Positions 23,548 through 30,358 of a stretch of DNA of 41,363 nt are shown here, piece by piece. Source of the stretch: a virus; IMG/VR virus record IMGVR_UViG_3300045988_133265, one strand, 5' to 3'. The first letter of the stretch is position 1. The number at the start of each line of letters is the position of its first letter. The notes beneath the pieces are model-generated. The model was not told the DNA's origin and did no database searches. It was given only the letters and a program-made list of their open reading frames with translations. Made by a program: the position numbers and the translations under genes.

Positions 23548-24387
23548 GTGGCGAAGATTCAGAGAACCAGCGCCTCAGCGCAGCCGGCGGCCCCGACCCC
23601 GGCGCCGTCGCCCCGCCCCGTGGCGGGCCTGTTCAAGCCGTTGAAGGGGCGCACCGAGTACGTGCGCGCCCTGTTTTGGGGCCGGGAGGGCTCCGGTAAG
23701 ACGACCGCCGCCCTACGCGCCAGTCGCAACGGCCGGATCCTGGTGATCGACTCCGAGGGCGGGCTCAAGGCCGACGCCCTGGAGCGACTCGGCGTCGACC
23801 CCGACCGGGTCGTGGTCCTCAGCCCGCCCATGGGTGGCTCGCTGGACTACGAGACTCTGGACGCGGCCTTCCACCAGGTCAAGACCGACCTGGCCACCGA
23901 CCCCGAGTCGTGGTACGCGGTCGTGATCGACTCGCTCACCGAACTCGTGGCCGCCCTCGTGAACTTCGCGGCCGACGACCGCGTGACGAAGGCCCGAGCC
24001 CGCGGGATCCAGATCGACCAGGTCGCCCAGTTCGACACCGACCGCGGCGACTACGGGACGGCTTCGAAGATGTTCCGAGACCTGCTGCGCAAGTTCCGGA
24101 CTCTGGACTGCCACCTGATCGTCACGGCGCTTGAGCGCCGCACCGTGGACGCGGACACGGGCATGACCGTGTACGGGCCCGAGGTTCCGCCCGCCGTCAG
24201 CAGCGACGTGCGCGCCTACATGGACGAAGTCCTTCACTTCCGGGCCGCCAGCGACGACAAGCCGTTCCACGCCGTGTCCGGGGGCACGAGCCGTTACCAC
24301 GTGAAGGACCGATCTGGTAAACTCCCGACCACGATCAACAACCCGTTCTTTGACACAATCGCCGACCTGATCAACAAGGAGAACTGA
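23548..24387 (+). CDS. RecA-like AAA ATPase (Sak4-like recombination protein)
   Basis: A GTG start follows GAGGAAACAACC. Walker A is GREGSGKTT and Walker B-like is AVVIDSLTE. It is adjacent to an SSB-like gene. Confidence 0.6.
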   Translation: MAKIQRTSASAQPAAPTPAPSPRPVAGLFKPLKGRTEYVRALFWGREGSGKTTAALRASRNGRILVIDSEGGLKADALERLGVDPDRVVVLSPPMGGSLDYETLDAAFHQVKTDLATDPESWYAVVIDSLTELVAALVNFAADDRVTKARARGIQIDQVAQFDTDRGDYGTASKMFRDLLRKFRTLDCHLIVTALERRTVDADTGMTVYGPEVPPAVSSDVRAYMDEVLHFRAASDDKPFHAVSGGTSRYHVKDRSGKLPTTINNPFFDTIADLINKEN

Positions 24388-24390
24388 ACC

Positions 24391-24996
24391 ATGCCACGCC
24401 TGAACGCCGCTCTGCGCCAGATGACCGAGAACGCCCAGGAGCGCTCCTTCGGTCCGATCCCCGCGGGCAAGTACGTCGCCCGCCTGACCGCCGTGGAGGC
24501 CAAGCAGAGCCAGTCCGGCAACCCGTACTGGAACGCCACGTACCAGGACCTGGAGGCTCTGGACGGCCGCAAGCAGCCCGGCTCCCAGTGGCTCGTGCTG
24601 AACCTCCCGGACGATGGCCCGGTCCCGGAGAACTACCGGCCCGCCAGCTCGAACAAGCCACCCGCTGAGGCGTGGCGCGCCCGCCAGGAGATCGCTGCGA
24701 GCCGTCTCAAGTCTTGGTTCCACGCCCATGGCTTCACGGTCGACTCGGACACGGAGGAGATGATCGGGTCGTACGCCATGATCACCGTGGTCCAGGAGAC
24801 GATCCAGCGCGGCTCGCGCGCGGGCCAGGTTGGCAACCGCGTGACTTTCGTGGAGGAGGTCCCGGCTGGATTCGATGAGCCCCAGGACCGCGTGTCCCAG
24901 GAGCCGTCGTTCAACGGACCGGCTTCGGCCCCGGCTGCAGACACGTACAGCCCGTGGGACGCCGCCGGTGATTACGACGGCGACGACGCGTTCTGA
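24391..24996 (+). CDS. DUF669-like / SSB-like protein with acidic C-terminal tail
   Basis: 201 aa. The N-terminus FGPIPAGKYVARLTAVEAKQSQSGNPYW is typical of the DUF669 proteins that accompany Sak4. The C-terminus DYDGDDAF resembles SSB tails. Confidence 0.5.
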   Translation: MPRLNAALRQMTENAQERSFGPIPAGKYVARLTAVEAKQSQSGNPYWNATYQDLEALDGRKQPGSQWLVLNLPDDGPVPENYRPASSNKPPAEAWRARQEIAASRLKSWFHAHGFTVDSDTEEMIGSYAMITVVQETIQRGSRAGQVGNRVTFVEEVPAGFDEPQDRVSQEPSFNGPASAPAADTYSPWDAAGDYDGDDAF

Positions 24997-25074
24997 CGCG
25001 CCCGTGTGCTAGACTTGGTGGGCGGCTCGGTGACTTAAGTTCCCAGGCCGCCCACCGGCTTATCGGAGACAATT

Positions 25075-27759
25075 ATGAGACTGAGTGATTTCACGCAGGC
25101 ACTGAGCGACGACGCCCCCGCCGCCCCCGCGGCCGACATGCTGCAGGCGGCCCTGGACTGGGCCGCCGCCGGTTGGTACGTGTTCCCGCTGCGCCCCGGG
25201 AGCAAGGCCCCGCTGCTGCCCCGGAGCCGTGACTGCGACAAGAGCTGCCACGGCACGTGTGGTAAAGACGGCCACGGCGCCTGGGACGGGACCGTCGACC
25301 CCGAGCGGATCCGCCGCTGGTGGGGAAACAACCCGAACGCCGGGATCGGCGGCGCCACCGTCGGCCGAGTCGTGATCGACCTGGACGTCCAGCACGGCGC
25401 CCCCACCGACCTGCCGTACCCGCCCACGCGCGAGCACCTGAGCGGCCGCGGTAACGGGAACAAGCACCTGATCTACCGGGCGATCGACGGCGGACTCAGC
25501 GAGCGGATCCGATCGGGCACGAACGTGCTCGGACCCGGCGTCGACATACGCGCCGGGGGAGGGTCGTACGTGGTGCTACCCCCGACGCCACATGAGGCTA
25601 CTGGACTACCCTACCGGGTCGCCGACGCGGACGTGCCCGAGGCCGAGTTGACCGACGACGGCGTCGTCGCGCTATGGACCGCCGCCGGGGCGCCCGTCCC
25701 CGGGACGGACCCGCGCACGCGCCCCCGCGGGCGAGGCGGTCTGCGCCTGGCCGTCGACAACAGCCAGCAGGTCGCCGACGCCGCTCCCCGGCGGCTGCAC
25801 GAGCTGCTCGGCTCCATGCCGGCTGAGGGCGGCCGTAACGATTGGCTCACCCGCCTATGTGGCCACCTGGCCCGCGTCCACCGGCACGACGAGCCCGGCT
25901 ACTTCGCGCTGGTCCGGTCAATCGCCGCGAACCTGCCGGATCCGCTGCCCGCCCGCGAGGTCGAACGGACCGCCGAGTCTGTGTGGAACACGGACCAGAC
26001 GAACCACGCACCCGCCGAGGGGGTCAGTGCCGACACGGGCTGGCTCGCCGGGGACGGCGTCCACCTCACGTGCCAGGTCCGCGTGAACGCGCCGACCGGG
26101 AACGTGCTCGAACAGGCCGACTACGGGAACTTCGACCTGCGTGCCCTGGGGGTCTCCACGGACGACGCGGGCGTGCGGTCCATGCACGTGGAAGTCCTGC
26201 GCGACGGCCGGTCCGTCACCACCGTGATCCCAGCCACCCAGTTCGGGGATGACCGGGCCACACGCAAGTGGCTGACCGGGTTCGGGGCCAGCGCCGTCGC
26301 CCCGCCCAACGCGTACCCGCCCATGGCTCTGGGGGAGCGGCTGCTGCGCTACCTGGACGCACAGGCCCCGCGGGAGACCCGCGTCGTGGAGCACCTGGGT
26401 TGGGACGAACAGCTGGGTGGTTTCATCACCCCGGACTTCGTCCTGACGGGGGCGACCGTGGAAGACCTGCGTGACTCGGGCGTCTCGCTGGCGCCTTCGC
26501 TGGGAGCGCGCAACCTGTTCACCCACCGGTACGGCCGCCACAAGGACTTGGAGGAGGCCCGGCGGGTCCTGCGCGAGGTCCTGACCTTCCAGGAGCCGGA
26601 GACGGCCTCCGTGTTCGGTGCCTGGTGGGCGGCTTGCTTCCTGCGCCCCCAGATCCAGTCGGAGGCCAGCCTGTTCCCGTTCATGGGGCTGGAGGCCACG
26701 GCCGAGTCCGGTAAGACCACGGGGTTCTTCGATCTCATGGTCCAACTGAACGGGAACGTGCGCGGACAGACCGCCCCCACGCGGGCGGTCCTGCGTGACT
26801 CCATGAGCGCCAACTCGAGCGGGATCGTGTGGGTCGACGACATGGACGACCTGGACGCCTACGGGGAGCTGCTGCGGGCCTCCACGACCTCGGGCGTCGT
26901 GGCGAAGATGGGCGCGGACAACACGAGCGTGACGGCGGTGAAAGTAGTCGCCCCGGTCCTGATCTCGGGCGAGTCGCTGGGGCTGCGGTCGCAGAAAGCG
27001 CTCGCGGACCGCTCCTACGTGCTGGACGTGAAGAGTCCGAAGGGGCGCAGATCGCTGCACGGCGACTACCCGCAGTGGGACGACGTCGTGGACCTCATGG
27101 GCAAGTACCCGCGGGCGCAGGGCGGTCTGGCGGTCCTGTCCGGCCACCTGCTGCAGGTGGCTCTGACTCACCGGGGCGTGATCGTGGACTGTTTGCGAGA
27201 GATGCGTCGGGACCTGCGCGGCCGGTTCGGAGACCGCATGGCAGTGATCCGAGCTGGGGCGCGCCTGCTGGACGAACTGGTGGGGGCGGACCCGACCCCG
27301 TGGGAGGGGACGGGCGAGCACGCCCAGCGCGTGGACGCGTGGGTGAAGGCGCAGCTGGCGGGCCACCTGGACCGGGACAACTCGCTGACGCTGAAACTCG
27401 TGCCGTGGGCGCTACGGGCTTGGGGCTTCCCGACCGCTCCTGGGGCCTCGGAGGCCACGGGACGGTTCTCTGGTGTCGACACCCCGGTGTTTGTCCAGGA
27501 GTTCGGTCCTGAGGCTCTGGACGGCTCGGGCGGTACCTGCGTGTGGGTGTCTACGTCGCTGCTGGCCGACGCATGGCGCCGGGAGGTCGGCCGCGGGGTC
27601 TCGGAGCGAACGGAGACCTCCTCGGCACTGGAACAGCAGGCGCAGGCGTTGGGGGCGTCGGACCAGTTCCACGTGATCCAAGGGTCGACCAGGCGCATGC
27701 GTTACTTCTGCCTGCCGGCTCGTTACTCGCAGGCGGTCCTGGACCGGGCGCGCGGCTGA
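25075..27759 (+). CDS. Bifunctional primase-polymerase / SF3-type helicase
   Basis: 894 aa. The N-terminal Prim-Pol motifs are GWYVFPLRPGSKAP, VVIDLDV (DxD) and GGGSYVVLPPTPH. The central P-loop is GLEATAESGKTT. Confidence 0.8.
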   Translation: MRLSDFTQALSDDAPAAPAADMLQAALDWAAAGWYVFPLRPGSKAPLLPRSRDCDKSCHGTCGKDGHGAWDGTVDPERIRRWWGNNPNAGIGGATVGRVVIDLDVQHGAPTDLPYPPTREHLSGRGNGNKHLIYRAIDGGLSERIRSGTNVLGPGVDIRAGGGSYVVLPPTPHEATGLPYRVADADVPEAELTDDGVVALWTAAGAPVPGTDPRTRPRGRGGLRLAVDNSQQVADAAPRRLHELLGSMPAEGGRNDWLTRLCGHLARVHRHDEPGYFALVRSIAANLPDPLPAREVERTAESVWNTDQTNHAPAEGVSADTGWLAGDGVHLTCQVRVNAPTGNVLEQADYGNFDLRALGVSTDDAGVRSMHVEVLRDGRSVTTVIPATQFGDDRATRKWLTGFGASAVAPPNAYPPMALGERLLRYLDAQAPRETRVVEHLGWDEQLGGFITPDFVLTGATVEDLRDSGVSLAPSLGARNLFTHRYGRHKDLEEARRVLREVLTFQEPETASVFGAWWAACFLRPQIQSEASLFPFMGLEATAESGKTTGFFDLMVQLNGNVRGQTAPTRAVLRDSMSANSSGIVWVDDMDDLDAYGELLRASTTSGVVAKMGADNTSVTAVKVVAPVLISGESLGLRSQKALADRSYVLDVKSPKGRRSLHGDYPQWDDVVDLMGKYPRAQGGLAVLSGHLLQVALTHRGVIVDCLREMRRDLRGRFGDRMAVIRAGARLLDELVGADPTPWEGTGEHAQRVDAWVKAQLAGHLDRDNSLTLKLVPWALRAWGFPTAPGASEATGRFSGVDTPVFVQEFGPEALDGSGGTCVWVSTSLLADAWRREVGRGVSERTETSSALEQQAQALGASDQFHVIQGSTRRMRYFCLPARYSQAVLDRARG

Positions 27760-27769
27760 CCGGTTGTTC

Positions 27770-27816
27770 AGTTTATCGCGCGGAGATTGTGATCGACGAT
27801 CTCCGCGTGATAAACT
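27770..27816 (+). terminator. 18-bp imperfect inverted repeat after the primase gene whose right arm contains the CGTGATAAACT motif
   Basis: agtttatcgcgcggagat (27770..27787) pairs with atctccgcgtgataaact (27799..27816) with one G-T mismatch and an 11-nt loop. Confidence 0.45.
27787..27816 (+). promoter_or_regulatory. Candidate promoter TTGTGA-N18-TAAACT with extended -10 (CGTGATAAACT)
   Basis: The -10 ends at 27816, 6 nt before the ATG at 27823. Confidence 0.45.
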
Positions 27817-27822
27817 TTGCAT

Positions 27823-28128
27823 ATGGCAAAACGACTGACTTTCGGGATCCGGCGGAAGCTCACGCCAGACGACGACCACCCCGGCCACTTCACGTACACG
27901 TGGGCCTGCATGCCAGACACGCCGCTGGCCCAGCAAAAACTCCTGGCCGGGGAGGACCTCGTGGAGCTCGCCGACCAGCTGGCCTACGTCGTGGTGGGCT
28001 GCAGTCCGTTCCGCGTCCACCACGTGGAGAACGCCTACCTGTCGGCCCAGGTCCGACTGGCCGAGAGAAACCGAACCACCAAAGCCGCCATGAACCGGCG
28101 GCTGCGACTCAAACAGGAGACACGATGA
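27823..28128 (+). CDS. Hypothetical protein, probably leaderless
   Basis: The track ORF starts at a TTG at 27817. I prefer the ATG at 27823, which lies 7 nt after the -10 hexamer and has no SD. Confidence 0.55.
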   Translation: MAKRLTFGIRRKLTPDDDHPGHFTYTWACMPDTPLAQQKLLAGEDLVELADQLAYVVVGCSPFRVHHVENAYLSAQVRLAERNRTTKAAMNRRLRLKQETR

Positions 28129-28556
28129 CCGTCTACAGACTCGATTTTACCGACTCCCCCGGGCGTTACCGGGTGGTTAACGCGGACCTGGACTACAAGC
28201 CCGCCGTCCTGCCCGAGGACACGATTCTTCCCAGCGGGGAGCCCCACCCGTACGCGGGCCGCGCGATCTCCGCCGGGACCAACGGGGAGACCAAGACCTG
28301 GATCATGCTGGGCGGGTTCACCGCCGCCGTCATAGAGCGCGCTCCCCAGTCCGCCCAGAACCCCCGGTCCGGCGACTACATGGAGGAGACCGTCCTGCGC
28401 CCCTGGTTCGCCGTCCCCACCGCCGCGGACCCGTCCGTCTCTACGTCGTGGCACCCCCACCAGTTGCCGCGGTGGCAGGACCGCCACGCGGCCGCGATCG
28501 CCCACGCCTCGAACACGTGGGACCTGCTCTACCGAGCCGCGAAGGCGCTGGGCTGA
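28125..28556 (+). CDS. Hypothetical protein
   Basis: The ATG at 28125 makes an ATGA overlap and follows AGGAGACACG. This is the C-terminal 143 aa of track ORF 27543..28556. Confidence 0.55.
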   Translation: MTVYRLDFTDSPGRYRVVNADLDYKPAVLPEDTILPSGEPHPYAGRAISAGTNGETKTWIMLGGFTAAVIERAPQSAQNPRSGDYMEETVLRPWFAVPTAADPSVSTSWHPHQLPRWQDRHAAAIAHASNTWDLLYRAAKALG

Positions 28557-29407
28557 TGAACTGGCTAGCAACCGGCGGACACGCGGTCCTGTCCCTGTGT
28601 AGCGGCTATGGCGGCCTCGAGCTCGCCCTGCAACGCGTCCTGCCGACCTCCTACGTGGGCGCCTACTGCGACAACTACGGCCCCGCCCAACAGGTCCTGC
28701 AGGCCTACAACCCGCGGGTGGACGTGTTCAAAGACGTGCGAGACCCGGAGCTGCTGAACCTCAAGGCCCCGATCGTCACGTTCGGCTTCCCGTGCCAGGA
28801 CCTGTCCGTCGCCGGTAACCGAGCCGGGCTGGACGGAGAGCGCAGCGGCCTGTTCTATACGTGTATGGCCATAGTCCGCGCCGCGTACCCCGATCTGGTG
28901 GTCGTGGAGAACGTCCCGAGACTCCTGCGCTACCAGGACGTCGTCGACGCCCAGTTCCACGACGCCGGTTTCGAGACCGCCTGGGTGACCAGGCGCGCGT
29001 GCGACGCCGGGCTCCCACACAAGCGCGAGCGAGTCTTCATCGTCGCCAAGCGCCCCGGCGTCCACTTCCTGGGCTACTGCAAACCCGTTCACCCCGAGCC
29101 CGTGGAGCCCGTCTGGCCCACGCCCACCGTGGTCGACATGGGCTGGGGACGAACCGCCCAGGAGTGGCGCGACTGGACTGAGGCCATGCGAGAGCGACAC
29201 GGCAACGGAAACGGCCACGGGCGGAGCCTGTACCAGCTCTGTGGCGAGGGCACGCTCCTGGTCATGGAGCACCTCATGGGACTCTCGACCGGTTACATAA
29301 CCGGGCTTGGGCTGAGCACCGCCGCGCAGCGACGGCTGCTGGGCAACGGCGTCGCCCCCGCGCAGGGCGCGCTCGCGATCTGGGAGGGACTGAACGCACT
29401 GGGCTAA
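28556..29407 (+). CDS. DNA (cytosine-5) methyltransferase
   Basis: Motifs seen are motif I LSLCSGYGGLELA, motif IV FGFPCQDLSVAG, motif VI VVVENVPRLL and motif X RRLLGNGV. Confidence 0.85.
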   Translation: MNWLATGGHAVLSLCSGYGGLELALQRVLPTSYVGAYCDNYGPAQQVLQAYNPRVDVFKDVRDPELLNLKAPIVTFGFPCQDLSVAGNRAGLDGERSGLFYTCMAIVRAAYPDLVVVENVPRLLRYQDVVDAQFHDAGFETAWVTRRACDAGLPHKRERVFIVAKRPGVHFLGYCKPVHPEPVEPVWPTPTVVDMGWGRTAQEWRDWTEAMRERHGNGNGHGRSLYQLCGEGTLLVMEHLMGLSTGYITGLGLSTAAQRRLLGNGVAPAQGALAIWEGLNALG

Positions 29408-29408
29408 G

Positions 29409-29446
29409 ACGGTTCGACCCCGGGGTTCTCCCCGGGGTCGAACCGT
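29409..29446. terminator. Bidirectional intrinsic-terminator-type hairpin at the convergence of the two arms
   Basis: acggttcgaccccgggg (29409..29425) pairs perfectly (17 bp) with ccccggggtcgaaccgt (29430..29446) around the loop ttct. It lies between the stop codons at 29407 (+) and 29448 (-). Confidence 0.75.
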
Positions 29447-29447
29447 A

Positions 29448-29984
29448 TCAACCAGCCGACTGCGCCAGCCGGTGCGTCTCGAGCGCCGCGATCCGTTCGT
29501 CCAGCCGGGCGTGAGTCCGCTCCGAGTTCGCCGTGATCGCCCGTATGTCGTCACATAGGCCGTCGATCTGGTTCTCTGCGCGCTGGTCCCGGCGCTCACG
29601 CTCGCTGCGCTCCTCGATCCGGTTCGACTCAGCCACGTCCATGCGCTCCAACACCGTGGTCAGAGTCCGCTGGACCGCGCGCACGTCTTCCCGGATCTCG
29701 TCCATGTCGTCCCGTATGTGAGTCCCGTGGGAGTTCGTCGTGGCCTCCACCGCTCGGGTGGCCGCCTCCTTCGCCCCCTCAGCCCGATCCCCCACGCGGA
29801 CGACCTGGTCGTGGAGGGCGTCGATCCGGGACTGGATCCACGACCGGGACCAGCGTAGAACCAGGTTCCCGAGCGACAGCAGTCCCACGACCAGGGTCAC
29901 CAGCCCAGCCACCACCTCGCGGGAGGTGAAGACCTCCACGAGGGGCGGCTGGGCGTGAACAGGCAGTGCCTGCAGGAGCTCCAC
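29448..29984 (-). CDS. Membrane-anchored coiled-coil protein, last gene of the lysis cassette
   Basis: The GTG at 29984 overlaps the holin stop. An N-terminal TM helix (VVAGLVTLVVGLLSLGNLVL) is followed by a long helical, charged region. Confidence 0.55.
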   Translation of the reverse strand: MELLQALPVHAQPPLVEVFTSREVVAGLVTLVVGLLSLGNLVLRWSRSWIQSRIDALHDQVVRVGDRAEGAKEAATRAVEATTNSHGTHIRDDMDEIREDVRAVQRTLTTVLERMDVAESNRIEERSERERRDQRAENQIDGLCDDIRAITANSERTHARLDERIAALETHRLAQSAG

Positions 29985-29985
29985 G

Positions 29986-30336
29986 TCAGTCGGCCTCGTG
30001 GCGCGGCTGGTAGGTCTCCCGGGTCTCGCCACCGGGGGTGACGATCCCCGCCCAGTTCAGGAGCGAGACGCCCCCGATCCGGATCCGGGACAGGAACTGA
30101 TAGGCGACCCACGCGAAGCCCAGGAACTTCGCGACCTGGGTGGCCAGGACCTCGGCCTGCATGGGGTAGGCGGACAGGGCCCACGCGCCCGCGGTCAGGA
30201 CCACGGCGGCCCCGATCACGAGAGCCACACGGCGGGCGGGAGTCCACCAGGGGCGGTCCAGGGCGGCCTGCACCAGGGGCCACAGGACGCCCAGGACGAC
30301 GGTGGTGACGAAGGGGTCTGAAACCAGTGACTTCAT
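29986..30336 (-). CDS. Holin-like membrane protein
   Basis: 116 aa with a GAAAGGA RBS and three hydrophobic helices. It lies immediately downstream of the endolysin gene. Confidence 0.65.
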   Translation of the reverse strand: MKSLVSDPFVTTVVLGVLWPLVQAALDRPWWTPARRVALVIGAAVVLTAGAWALSAYPMQAEVLATQVAKFLGFAWVAYQFLSRIRIGGVSLLNWAGIVTPGGETRETYQPRHEAD

Positions 30337-30358
30337 CCGTTTTCCTTTCTGTTGCCGG

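Noticed and set aside
25004-25056. A sixth promoter copy (tgctagact at 25007..25015) plus hairpin (ggtgggcggc/gccgcccacc, 25017..25056) upstream of the primase gene.
   Set aside because: No TTG-type -35 lies at 17-18 nt spacing, and the hairpin has a 20-nt loop. This is too weak to call as a feature, so it is mentioned only as a weaker relative of the motif.
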